DNA of 64,000 nucleotides from Felis catus (taxonomy: Eukaryota), in NCBI RefSeq assembly GCF_018350175.1, contig NC_058368.1:204292001-204356000 (forward strand), read 5' to 3'. The stretch's first letter is position 1. Each line of letters begins with the position of its first letter. The position numbers and the translations under genes are program-made. The notes beneath the pieces were generated by a model. It was not told the origin of the DNA, did not search any database, and saw only the letters and a program-made list of their open reading frames with translations. Of the stretch, positions 1-11,700 are shown piece after piece.

Positions 1-158
1 GTGAGTTTGAGCCCCGCATTGGGCTCTGTACTGAGCATGGAGCCTAGAGACCGCTTCCTGTTCTGTGTCTCCCTCTCTCTGCCCCTCCCCTGCCCATGCT
101 CTGTCTCTGTCTCTGTTTCTCTCTCCAAAATAAATAAACATTAAATTTTTTTTAAAAA
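1..158 (+). mobile_element. SINEC (cut by window edge)
   Basis: B-box region, (CT)n, AAATAAA tail. Confidence 0.9.
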
Positions 159-519
159 GTAACACTCAGTGTAAATTTTTAAAATATAGAATAAAATATA
201 TGAAGGTCCCTTTTCTCTATTCCTTTCATCCCTCTTCCCCATCCAGAGGTAATAAATAACCCCTCTGGGTTCTGTGTATCCTTCCAGAACTTTCTCTATG
301 CATTTACAAATATGAACTCACACACATTCACACAGATTTTTAAAAACATAAAAAGGACAACAATCTACACATTACCTAATTTTTCTTTCACTTAATCATA
401 GATAACAGTATAGCTGTTTCACACACATAGGCATTCTTAAAAGTTTGGCTCATTCATCTTAGAGACAACATACAAACTTCCAGGAATAATTTAGAACATT
501 GAAGTCTCATTTATCCATT

Positions 520-1117
520 CATTATCAGTCAGAGTCCAATCAAGAGACAAAAACCAGACATGAATTTGAACAGGGAGAGTTTAATATAACAAATTATTAG
601 CTATAGCAAGAGATAGGCTAGGAGGCACACAGAACCCTGAAGAATACAGGGCTGGGTAGGGCTGATACTGGTAGGGCTGAAGTGGAGTTTTTGAGGGAAG
701 AGATCCCATGACCCCTTCCCTGCCCAGCTGAGATTCAGACCTTGTTAGAGAGGGCACAGCCATGGCTCACCGAGTGGCAGGAAAATCACTGGTCTGCCTT
801 CCAGTTTGCAGGAGCAAGTTCTTCACAGGGAGGTGTCTCACTGGAGACACTCTGCCCCAAACTGCCCCGAGTTGGGGGTGCTGTTGGCTGTCATGTGCTC
901 CCAGAGCCTGGTGCTGCAGAAATGATAGGGGCACACCCTGGAACCTGGAAGGAAACCCCTCTTGCTGCAATGCCTTTCCAGTGTGCTCCACTGACAAAGG
1001 TTTAACATCGTGCCAGCCCGTGAAGGAAAAATATTTAAAGGGCCCATCTTAATTCCCTAGAACTGGCCATTAAGGGTGAATTTGAAGCTGAGGGGCAGTA
1101 AATGGACAGTGGGCGCA
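520..1117 (-). mobile_element. ERVL-class solo LTR (LTR41-like)
   Basis: Terminus ATCAGTCAGAGTCCAATCAAGAGACAAAAACC resembles LTR41/LTR33 ends. Confidence 0.55.
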
Positions 1118-1174
1118 TTCCACAAACTTAATATTGACACCTGGATGCCTACTGTGGGGCAGGTGATGGGATTT

Positions 1175-1650
1175 TGTTTCTAACTATTGAGTGTTTACTA
1201 TTTGTCAGCCTGTTTTGTTTTTTTTTTAATAAATGTTTATTCATTTTTGAGAGAGAGAGAGAGAGAGAGAGTGCAATTGGGGGAGGAGCAGAGAGAGAGA
1301 AAGAGAGAGGGAGAAAAACAGAATCCCAAGCAGGGCTCCGTGCTGCCAGCACAGAGCCTGACAAGGGGCTTGAACTCACGAACCATGAGACCATGACCTG
1401 AAGTCGGACACTCAACCAACTGAACCACCAGGTGCCCCTGTCAGCTTGTTCTAAGCACGTAATGCATAAACTCAAGCAGTCGTCACAACACCCCCGTGAA
1501 GAAGGTGCTATTACCATCCTCATATTACAGATAAACTGAAACAGAGAGAATGAAGTAACTCATCCAACATAAGCTTGTGAGTGATAAAGCCAGGAGTCGA
1601 GCCTGGTTGTTTGTCTCTGTATGCTTAACCACTGTGCAGTAATGCCTTTC
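1175..1650 (-). mobile_element. MIR interrupted by a SINEC
   Basis: MIR core ATTACCATCCTCATATTACAGATAAACTGAAACAGAGAGA. Confidence 0.75.
1213..1438 (-). mobile_element. SINEC
   Basis: Full SINE; TSD tgtcagc(c/t)tgtt. Confidence 0.93.
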
Positions 1651-2199
1651 GGCATGTCCCTATGGCACAAAATTATCCTGATCCCCTTCAGGAATATTCC
1701 CTGACCGGTCCAAGTGTCCATGCTGTGAGAAGCATTAGTGACCAAATGTCTTCATATGAAGGTAAAGAAAAAGCCTCATTCACTCTTCACATTATCCCAG
1801 GGTTCCAAAAATATCTGGGAGGATTTTATTTGGGAGGATATTATTTGGGCATAGCAATCTCATGCCTCATTGCTTGGTGAGTCCTTCCCACCTCCTCGAT
1901 GTTAGCAGTGGACACCTCCACTTGTGGTTATATCCACAATGTGATGTGGCTCCATTAAGGCGTGAAGTCCACTAGGATAGGGAAACGTATCCTTAACCAA
2001 ACACATACATGTTTATTTACATATTGTTCTTCTTAAATTGTACTCACAAACTTGAGACAAACTGACAGCAGGCAAATGAATCTTATTGTTTTTATCTTTA
2101 TCCTAGGAATCCTTTCCCCAACAGTGGCATAACATTTGCTTTGTTTCCACTTTACTGTGTTCTATAAAGTGTTCTTTATACCGGTGTTTTGCAAACTGC

Positions 2200-2401
2200 T
2201 TTCTTTCTTTTTTTAATGTTTATTTTTGAGAGAGACAGAGACAGAATGTGAGTAGGGGAGGGGCAGAGAGATCGAGAGACACAGAATCTGAAGCAGGCTC
2301 CAGGTTCTGAGCAACCCAACACGGGGCTCGAACTCACAAACCATGAGATACGACCTGAGCCGAAGTCCGACTCTTAACCAACTGACCCACACAGGCGCCC
2401 C
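2200..2401 (-). mobile_element. SINEC
   Basis: TSD gcaaactgc; adjacent MER5A remnant 2402-2475. Confidence 0.93.
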
Positions 2402-3178
2402 GCAAACTGCATTTCTAATAAGCCGCCGAGTGATGCCATTCCTGCAGCTCTGGGAACCACATTTTGAGTGGCAAGAGACTATACGATACATCCAAGTAAG
2501 AGAGGAGGCTGGTTCATCTCTCTGTAATAACAGAATCATTTCCTTAAAAACCAGAATCTAACTTTCACATCACAGATTTGATGTGAAGTGTTTTAGTGTT
2601 CATCTGAACAGATCTTGGGCAGGAAATCTTTAAAGCCTTGGTCCAAAATTGGATCATAGGCAGAGCCAAATCAGGGACAGACAATCGTGGCAAATCACCC
2701 ACCCAACTCTCTGACATCTAATACTGGAAACATTACAACAACAAAACCCCAAACCAACAGAATCGAGAGCGATAACACTTTAACAGTAAGACAAATAGTA
2801 AGACTTTTAATGAGACACTGATATCTTTAAATTATTAAATATAATGGGGCAAATGATTTATCATCATGAGTTGACCCCTAATTACTTGAGGGTGGAGGGA
2901 TGATGTTTCTAAAAGCATTGTGTAATTTAAGGACATTTGGGACATAAGACCTTGACCAAACACTGATAATCTTATTTCCAAAAAAAAAAAAAGAAAAAAA
3001 AAAGGAAAATAATTTTAATAGCATTATAAGCCTTAAAACAAGATAAAATGAAATAGAAGACATGAGAGCTTAGTTCAGCTCAAGAGACATTTATTGAGCA
3101 CGAATACCAGGCACTGTTCTGTGTGGTGTGGGCACACAGATACACTGAGGGAGCTCACAGTCAAAAGACATAGTCCTT

Positions 3179-3399
3179 GGGGCGCCTGAGTGGCTCAGTC
3201 GGTTAAGCAGCCGACTTGGGCTCAGGTCATGATCTCGCGGTCCGTGAGTTCGAGCCCCGCGTCGGGCTCTGTGCTGACAGCTCAGAGCCTGGAGCCCATT
3301 TCAGATTCTGTGTCTCCCTCTCTCTGACCCTCCCCTGTTCATGCTCTGTCTCTCTCTGTCTCAAAAATAAATAAACATTAAAAAAAATTAAAAAAAAAA
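3179..3399 (+). mobile_element. SINEC_Fc
   Basis: Full length; TSD acatagtcct; sits in an L2 remnant. Confidence 0.95.
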
Positions 3400-3790
3400 C
3401 ATAGTCCTATCAACCCTTCATTTTATACACGGTAATGACAGGAAAGCACAGGATGTTGTGGCACCACGGACTCACATAAGGAAACAGCAAGACGGGGGGA
3501 AAGGAGACTTGATGAGGTCTTGAATTCGGGCAGTAGTAACAGGGATGAGAAGGTGGGGGACAAATCTGAGAAACGTCACAGAGAGCAAAATATACAGAAG
3601 TTTGTGACTGGCTGTGGAGTGCCAGAGGATGGCGTGACACTTGGGTTTCTGGCTTGGGTAGCAGTAAATGACCTTTCAGTGAGACAAGGAAAGGAAGGAT
3701 GTTTCAGGGGTAGGAAATAATGTCTTCAGTCCGGGATTTATTGAGTTATCTAGAGCCTGTGGACTATTCAGATGTATGTTCAACAGCAGT

Positions 3791-3984
3791 GGACGGACAC
3801 CTGGGTGTCTCAGATGGCTGAGCATCCGACTCGATTTTGGCTCAGGTCATGATCCCAGGGCGGCGGGAGTAAGCCCTGCGTTGGGCTCTGCGCCGAGCAT
3901 GGAGCCTGCTTAAGATTCTTTCTCTCTCCTTCTGCTCTTTTCCCCCACTCATGCTCTCTCTCTCAAAAAAAAAAAAAAAAAAAA
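3791..3984 (+). mobile_element. SINEC (older)
   Basis: tRNA-like head, poly-A tail; TSD acagcagt. Confidence 0.9.
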
Positions 3985-4837
3985 GACAAAACACAGCAGT
4001 TGAACATACGTCAGGATTACTGGCCTAAAGGCTAAAGTAGATAAAGATATTTAAAAGTTACCAACATAGGTAGTAATTCAAAGCATGAGATGTGAATGGA
4101 AAGAAGAGTGGAAGGTCAAGGATGGAACTTTGAGGAATAACTGTTGAGGAGAGGAGGGGTGTGAGAGCAGAGAATGCAATTTCTCAGTATTAGGAGAATT
4201 AGGAGAGATGCGTATTTTGTTAATCTGGGATATGGAAAATTTCCAGGAAGGAATGGGTACCAATGTCACGTGCAGAAAGGAGGTCCTGTAAGATAATGTT
4301 AGAAAAACATCTGCTATTGGAGGTATCCTGAGGGCAGGTACCATGACTTACTAATTTTTGTATATTTAGTGCTTAGAACAATAAAAGACACAAGGTAGGT
4401 ACTACACAAATGCTTATGGAATTTTATTGACCTATCACTTTCATTAGTAAAATGATGAGTTTATTCAAACCATTCAAACTCAAAAACGTTTGAGATAGTG
4501 TCGATATTTTCCCAAGGGAGTTTTTCCTTGACCTAACCCAAGCTAAATTTTCAGTTAAAAAACAAAATAAATAAAGAAAACTTATCAATCCAAGGAAGGA
4601 AGGGGGGGGGGGAGGATGATAAAAAGAAAACAAAAAAATAAGGCGAATAAGTAAATTTAGCCAAAAGGTTAGTGTCACAGTATTAATAGTAGAAAAGTAG
4701 AATTTAGGCAAAAACTTGCAGTAGGACTAAAGGAATTTTACAGAAGGATAAAAAGTATCAGTTCACCAAGAAGGTACATTTAGACCTGTCATGCAAGTGC
4801 AGGGTCAAATTTTGTTTTTTTTTTTTTAAATTGTAGG

Positions 4838-5150
4838 AAGGCTGACCATTGAACACCCTAGGAGTAAGGAGCCCTACTTCACCCTCCCTTAGAGGAAAAT
4901 CCCCACATAACTTTTGACTCTCCCCAAACTTGACTAATAGCCTACCCTTGAGCAGAAGCCTTACCAGTACCATAAACAGCTGATACATATTTTGTATGTG
5001 ACATGTATTATATACTGTACTCTTAAAGTAAGCTAAAGAAAATGTTAAGAATACCCTAAGGAAAGTATATTTAAAGCACTGTATCAAAAAGAAATCTCTG
5101 TATAGGTGGACCCACACGGTTCAAGCCTATGTTTTCCAAGGGTCAACTGT
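4838..5150. mobile_element. Tigger1-derived MITE nested in a MER96B-like hAT remnant (4780-5290)
   Basis: Terminal inverted repeats GCTGACCATTGAACA ... TGTTTTCCAAGGGTCAACTG followed by TA. Confidence 0.75.
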
Positions 5151-5309
5151 ATTTTATTCATCATTTTTTTGGTATAAACTTTTGTTTTCAAAAATATTGC
5201 CTGAAAATATTATTTATCTCAATTACGGAGTTTTTTGGGCGTCCATGTAAATTTTGTCCGAGGCTACCGCTTCACTCCGATCCCGGTTGTGGTCCACAAG
5301 GATACTTGG

Positions 5310-5458
5310 GTGCATCTGAAAAATAGAACTCCAAGTGATATATTGCAAACGGGGACAGAATCGGAAGAAAAAAAAATCTGACATAATCTCGACACCAGTG
5401 TGAGATTTTTAACATACCCACCTCGGAAACGGACAGATCAATCAAAAAACTAAAAATT
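5310..5458 (+). mobile_element. Old L1 ORF2 endonuclease-region fragment
   Basis: Degenerate match to L1 ORF2 (GTGTGAGATTTTTAACATACCCACCTCGGAAACGGACAGATCA). Confidence 0.6.
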
Positions 5459-5459
5459 T

Positions 5460-6030
5460 CCCGCAGCTCTACGAAGGGCAGCGGCCGGTAGCCCAAGCCG
5501 GAGCTGGGTGCTCCGGGCCTCAGTCCGCGCCGCCCAAGCGCGGCCTCAGGACGCTGGGGGCGGAGGCTGGAGTCGCCAGTGGCCTGGGGAGGTCCCAGGC
5601 GACGCCGAGCAGGTGCCTGCAGGTCCCTGCAGGTCCCTCGGCGGCCGCCATAAGAGGCTAACGCTTTCGGGTGCCCGTGGCCCCTCCCCTGGGCGTGGTC
5701 CTTATTCTCCTCCGGCCGCTTCTCCGCGAACGTCCTCCTCGGCGCCGCGCGCACCACCCACGGGCTAACAGAAAAGCCGCCGGGCCTCGCCAGTGGCGCC
5801 AAGTCCGCTGCGCACGCGCAGAGGCAGGAGGAGCGGCGGGTTGTGGCTCCGGTATGTCACAACAGGCACCACCCGCTTCTTGCTGCAGCCGCTCTCCCTC
5901 CTCCTTCTCGTCCTTGGGCTCGGGATCCGGTTCCAGCACCAAGGCTCTGGCTCTCGGCCTCTCCTGCTTCATGGCCGCCACGACCTCAGACACGTGAGCG
6001 TGACGACCGTAAAGCGCCGCGACGTCGTGC
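5460..6030. promoter_or_regulatory. Intronic CpG island in CCL28 intron 1
   Basis: ~570 bp GC/CpG-dense block in AT-rich DNA; NRF1-like TGCGCACGCGCA 5809-5820, E-box CACGTG 5991-5996. Confidence 0.85.
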
Positions 6031-6409
6031 TTTTGTTTTTTTCCCCCCCCATCTTTGGTTTTTGTTTTTTAGTTTCCTACGATGTTTCTTTTCCAAGTTC
6101 TTCGTTGAACGTTTTTTTTTCGTGCGTGTGCAAATAAATGCACTTAGGCTAAATTTATAACCCACCCGTTATAATAATGAATAGCACTTACACTTTTCAA
6201 AATATTTTGTGATTTTTTTCTTTGACCTGTGAATCGCATACGTTTTTTTAGTTTCAAAACACATGATATTTGTAAGTTTATAACTATTTGGTATATTATT
6301 TAGGTTCAAGCTTTTAAACGGTTACTTCGCATAGGAACCTCCTCTTCAAACACTATTAAGAATGAAAAAGGAGCCCTGACTGGAGATAATACTATGCAAC
6401 TTTGTGATG

Positions 6410-6912
6410 TAGAGAAGAAAAAAACCCTTTCATTCTACCCTTAATAGGTTCTTGACTGGGGTCCCTGTAACAAAAGGCATTAAAAGGGGGAAAGCATACA
6501 CATCTATGTAAGACATGGGAGCCTTCATAAGGAAATGAAAACCTAAAGAAGCAGTTTGAGTCAACACGTAATTAAGTGGGGCAGGGTGGTAAATTGTGGA
6601 AAAGTGATAAGACGAAGGTATTTGGGCCAGGGCGGTTAGTGACCACAAAGAGAAGAGTTAGTTTAACAGGATTTGCACAGATTTCTCTTGGCCTCAACTT
6701 TCCTGCTCACAGGGAGGGGTGAAGTGCCGCCCCCTAGTGATAAAAAATGTCTCTCTTCCTCCTGGTTCAGGGAGGGCACCTTTTACTTGGGAGTTTTATC
6801 TCCTGCTTGTAGGAAAGTTAGAATGCCCTTTTTGCATTGCTAATTTTAAGTGGTTTTAACTTAATATGATAGAGTGGCACTTTTGGGGGTGGAGTTTTCC
6901 GAATGCCTTTAG
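6410..6912 (-). mobile_element. ERV1-class solo LTR (MER34/MER39-like)
   Basis: Motifs ACATGGGAGCCTTCATAAGGAAATGAAAACCTAAAGAAG and TTTGCACAGATTTCTCTTGGCCTC. Confidence 0.6.
6727..6740 (-). promoter_or_regulatory. CTCF-like motif inside an LTR
   Basis: TCACTAGGGGGCGG on the minus strand. Confidence 0.5.
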
Positions 6913-7382
6913 TGAAATTAAATTAGAAATTGTCGATGAAATGGACAGTTTCTTAGAAGACTAAGATATCAAGATTGGAGAAGATATAGGAAACCCCAAA
7001 AAAGCAAATAACTGTTAAATCAGAGTTGAACATGTTGCCCTCAAACAGACATCAGGCCTAGATGGTTTCAGAGGTTTTACCAAACATTGGAGGCACAGAC
7101 AATCCACAAACTCTTCAAATAATAGAATAATAGAGACAGCTACCCAATGCATTGTTGAGATTAATACAACCTTAATACCCAAAACATTCAAGGTTGATAT
7201 CAGGGGATAAAAGTATGAGCTAATCTTGTCTATGAAAATAAATGCAAAATTTTAAATAAGTAGAAGATCAAACTCAGAATCATATAAAAATTAATACATA
7301 ATGACCAAGTATGGTTTATCCTAGGAAGGCAAGGAAGAAAATAGATTAATCCATTATATTAATTAAAAAATTTGTTTATTGA

Positions 7383-7570
7383 GGGGCGCCTGGGTGGCTC
7401 AGTCGGTTAAGTGTCTGACTTGCGATTCATGAGTTTGAGCCCTGTGTCCGGTTCTGTGCTGACAGCTCAAAGCCTGTATCCTGCTTGAGATTCTGTGTCT
7501 CCCTCTCTCTCTGTCCCTCCTCCACTCACCCTCTGTCTCTCTCTCAAAAATAAATAAACATTAAAAAAAA
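7383..7570 (+). mobile_element. SINEC
   Basis: Full SINE structure. Confidence 0.92.
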
Positions 7571-8519
7571 TTTTTTTTTATTTTGTGTATTGAGTTTACA
7601 ATGGGTTAAGCAGTGTCTAGGCATTTAACAAAGTAATGGATTAAAGGAGAAAAGCCTTTTATTTCTATACAGGAATTGAGAAAGAAGAGATAAAAACATC
7701 TCTTTACCTAGAAAACCAAAGACTATCCACTCCAAACTCTTACAACTAAAAAAGTTCAGCAAAGTTGCTGGATACAAGAGCCACATAAAACAATCAACAG
7801 CATTCCCACACATCAAAAATAACTAATTAGAAAACACAGTTCTTCAAAAGACCACTCACAGCAGCACAAAACCTATAAAGTACCTAGGAATAGATGTAGG
7901 ATAAGATATACAACAATATTTTATTATTTTCTTCATAAAGGTCTTGAAGGACATTGAAGAAAACCTGAATAACTAGAGAGATAATTCCGTATTTATGGAT
8001 GGGAAAACAATATTTTTCAGATCTTAGGTCTCCCAAGATTTAGTTCTAAATTCAGCAGAATTCCAACCAAAATTTCAAAGATTTTTGCAGAACTTAACAA
8101 GCAGATTCTGAAGTTTATAAGAAGGGTAAAGGGCCAAGAACAGTCAAGACAATTTTGAAGAAGAACAAGTTGGGTGGGGAGACTTAACTGTGTTAGATAT
8201 TAGGATTGATTAAAAAGTCACCTTAATTGAGACAGTGTGGAACTGATGCAAAGACAGATAAATAGAGCAATGAAACAAGAGAAAGCTCAGAAAGAGACCT
8301 ATATGTATATGGGAACACGAAGATTTAAGGGTTGTATATGTATCAGTGAGACTGGGTGGTTCCGCTGTGTAAAGGAAGCAATCTTGCCAACAAAAGATCC
8401 CTCTGTACCAATATAGACAAAAGAACACAATATATTATTGAGTGAGCATTAACAGATTTACAAGCCTGAAAGTGACTATGAAGTCAGAACAGAATCATGC
8501 ACATTTCATACAGGAAACA

Positions 8520-8627
8520 AGAAGGCTCCATGCTCAGTGTAGAGCCTGATGACCCATGACCCTGGGATCTTGACCTGAGCTGAAATCAAGTCAGACCACT
8601 CAACCAACTGAGACACCCAAGCTCCCC
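8520..8627 (-). mobile_element. SINEC (partial)
   Basis: Head region only. Confidence 0.8.
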
Positions 8628-8870
8628 AGGTTGGTAAAATTTTAAATGACTTTATGAAGTGTTGTTGAGAATGTGCACAAATGGAACTTCCATCCACTGC
8701 AGGTGGGAGTGTAAGTTGGTGTGATCACTTTGAGAGAAATTGGTCATTATCAAATACAGTAAAAGGTGCATATTTCTTCTCTGTAGTCTTCCAATTTTAG
8801 TATATGTGCTGCCAAAGCGAGTATATCCTGCAACCTAGTGATTCCATGTGTAGGTCTATTCTCCTCAGAG

Positions 8871-9062
8871 CAGTGGTTCTCCAAGTGCGTTCCAGAATTA
8901 GCAGACTCAGCATCACCTGGGAAGTTGTTAGACATGCACATTTTTAGGCCTCATCCCAGATGTACTGAATCAGAAACCTCAGGTGGGGGAGGGATTGACA
9001 GCAATCTGGTCTAAAAAACCTTCCAGATGATTCTGGTGCACGTTTAATTTTGAGAACCACTG
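8871..9062. mobile_element. MER5A (hAT-Charlie MITE)
   Basis: TIRs CAGTGGTTCTC...GAGAACCACTG; 8-bp TSD cctcagag/ccttagag. Confidence 0.9.
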
Positions 9063-9109
9063 CCTTAGAGGAATTCTCATACAAGGCCCAGGGAGACATA
9101 GAAGACCAA

Positions 9110-9340
9110 GCAAAGCTTAACTTAGTGGTTTTAAAAAGTGTCAGGCTATCTGGATTCCAATTCCAGCCCCACCATTTTTTGGCCCTTGATGTAGGCCCAT
9201 GATGTAGTGTTAGTAACCCATCTATGAGATGGAGGTAAATCTAGTACCTTCTGCATATAGTTGCTGTGCATAAATTAATTCACATATGGCAGTGGCTGAC
9301 ACAGAGTAAGCACTCAACAAATGTAGCCTCTTATTATCAT
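9110..9340 (+). mobile_element. MIR
   Basis: Ends ACAGAGTAAGCACTCAACAAATGTAGCCTCTTATTAT. Confidence 0.7.
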
Positions 9341-9397
9341 TAGGATATTTATTGCAGCCTTGCTTGTTATCAGTAAAGTATTGGAAAAAGATTTCTT

Positions 9398-9624
9398 TTT
9401 TTTTTTTTTAATTTTTTTTTTCAACGTTTATTTATTTTTGGGACAGAGAGAGACAGAGCATGAACGAGGGAGGGGCAGAGAGAGAGGGAGACACAGAATC
9501 GGAAACAGGCTCCAGGCTCCGAGCCATCAGCCCAGAGCCTGACGCGGGGCTCGAACTCCCGGACCGCGAGATCGTGACCTGGCTGAAGTCGGACGCTTAA
9601 CCGACTGCGCCACCCAGGCGCCCC
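9398..9624 (-). mobile_element. Young SINEC_Fc
   Basis: CpGs intact; perfect 16-bp TSD tggaaaaagatttctt. Confidence 0.97.
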
Positions 9625-9750
9625 TGGAAAAAGATTTCTTAAAAATAAGGCTGAAAGCAAACATGGAAAAGGGTTAAAATTGATAAAATCTTGAATGGGG
9701 TGTATAGGTGTTGATTCATTCTTTGTACTTTTCTGTGTTGAATATTTTGA

Positions 9751-9946
9751 TTTTTTTATTTATTTTTGAGAGAGAGAAGGGTAGGGGCAGAGAGAAAGGG
9801 AGACAGAGAATCCAAAGCAGGCTCCAGTGCAGAGCCCAACACAGGGCTTAAACTCACTAATCCCTTGTGGGGTTCAAACTCATGAACCATGAGACTGTCA
9901 CCTGAGCTGAAGTCAGGCGCTTAACCGACTGAGCCACCCAGGCACC
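9751..9946 (-). mobile_element. SINEC
   Basis: TSD tct(g/a)tgttga; internal B-box duplication. Confidence 0.9.
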
Positions 9947-10076
9947 TCTCTCTATGTTGAGTATATTGGAAGCAAAGTCGGAGAGCAGAGGGTGTCATCA
10001 GTTCTCTCTCCACACTTAGATTTCCACAGAAGATTGTTAAAGTAAATCATGATGTCTTCATTAAAAATATTTCCAT

Positions 10077-10278
10077 AGGGGCGCCTGAGTGGCTCAGTCA
10101 GTTAAGCCTCTGACTGGCTGAGGTCATGATCTCACGATTTGTGAATTCTAGCCCCACATTGGGCTCTGCTCTGACAGCGAATAGCCTGCTTTGGATCCTC
10201 TGTGTCCCTTTCTCTGCTCCTCCCCAGCTTGCTCTCTCTCTCTCTTTCTCAAAAATAACTGAACATTAAAAAAAAAAA
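10077..10278 (+). mobile_element. SINEC
   Basis: Full SINE structure. Confidence 0.92.
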
Positions 10279-11686
10279 GTGTCCTCGAGATTACTGAACT
10301 TGTGTTTTTGGCATATTCCTCTTACAATTTGCACTCACAATGTATAATTTCACCAAATTTGAATATATTCTATCTTTCCCCACATTTGTGCCTTTATACT
10401 CATTGTCTCCTCCACATCTACTGCTTTATTCAAACTCTCCATCTTTCAAGTCCCCAGCTCAAATGCTACCTCCTTGATAAAGATGTACGTGGATCTCTGT
10501 TATAATTTTCTTTTCTGCCTGTGAATGCAGGACACTCATTCTATTTCTCACGTAGCCCTTGCCACATTCTGCCTTATGTTAGAACTGTTTCCCCCCCTAC
10601 TTTGTCTCACACTTCTTATACAGTAGCAAATTGTCTTTTAATGGGGCAAAGATTAGTATAGTCTACAAAAAATTGGAGAATGATTCAAGTATTGAGTTCA
10701 ATTTACTGAATACACACATCAGATGCTACCCATGGAAATTATATGGTCCGGGCTCCACTGGCTGGTGAATAGCCATTATGATGTTCCGAGTCCCCACCTT
10801 GTTGCTTAGTCAGTCATCCCACATGTTTTTCCCAGGATTCTCCAGTCCAGATATTCTTGATAATTCTCAAATTGTGGGTTGTAGAAAAAGGGCTTTTCCC
10901 TCTAGGAATCTGGGAGAGGTGGTCTGTTAGGGTAGGGATGCTGGCCTCTCACGTGATCAGTGCCCCTACCTGCAGTATTATGGTGCCTCTTCTGGGCAGC
11001 TGCTGTTGACCCACTGCCTACTCACTGGTGGTTGCCTCCTTCCCCCAGAGGGCTGACCTTAGACCGGCAGGGAAATGCATCTACTGTTCTCATAAATCAC
11101 CTTTTCAAAGAGATTCCCAGGTGGAGCTATTGGGATGACACACTCCGGAGTGTCCTTTCCAAAGCAAAAGGGCATGTCTGGGGCAGTTAGGAAAGGGGGT
11201 GAGGGTGGAGCGGAAAAAGCCTCACAATAAACCTCAGATCTTTGCTTGTTCATACCTCTGGGCCCTGCAGCTTTATTAAGCCCCCTCTGCAAAGCCTTCT
11301 TTCTTATTTGCAAAAATTTTCCCATATTTCCCTCAAGGAGCCCCTACTCCATCAGACGGGTCTGTGTTTAAACTCCAGCTCTGAAACAAAAATAGGTTCT
11401 TTCCCGTGGGATTCCATGCTTTGTGTAGTGGTGGCCCCAGGGTGGTCTTTTGGGGAAGGTGTAGTCTTCTAATCCCTGATCAGCTTGCTTCCCCAACCAA
11501 GTAACTGTATAAATTGAATTAAAACTCTGTAAATGCAGAAGAAACGCCACTTAATCCCTCTTTTCAACCTTATTGCCACCTCTAAATCTTTCCTATCTGG
11601 AAATTCTGGATCATCATTGCAATCAGATGAAGTCGCTGACCATTCTTTGAAATGGAAATACTCTGACAGGACGCTGATCGAGAAAA

Positions 11687-11700
11687 CCTGTAGGGGGCGC
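11687..11700 (+). promoter_or_regulatory. CTCF-like motif
   Basis: CCTGTAGGGGGCGC, one mismatch to CCRSYAGRKGGCRS, in a locally CpG-enriched patch (11630-11765). Confidence 0.65.

Larger units (their letters stand above)
6915..8865 (+). mobile_element. Degraded old L1 ORF2 (L1M-type) with younger insertions
   Basis: Recognisable ORF2 segments (GATGAAATGGACAGTTTCTTAGA, CAAAGTTGCTGGATACAAG, GTACCTAGGAATA); many stops. Confidence 0.8.

Noticed and set aside
5940..5999. Island ORF end (ALALGLSCFMAATTSD) as the missing CCL28 signal-peptide exon
   Set aside because: Does not match the known MQQ-type exon 1 and is out of phase with exon 2
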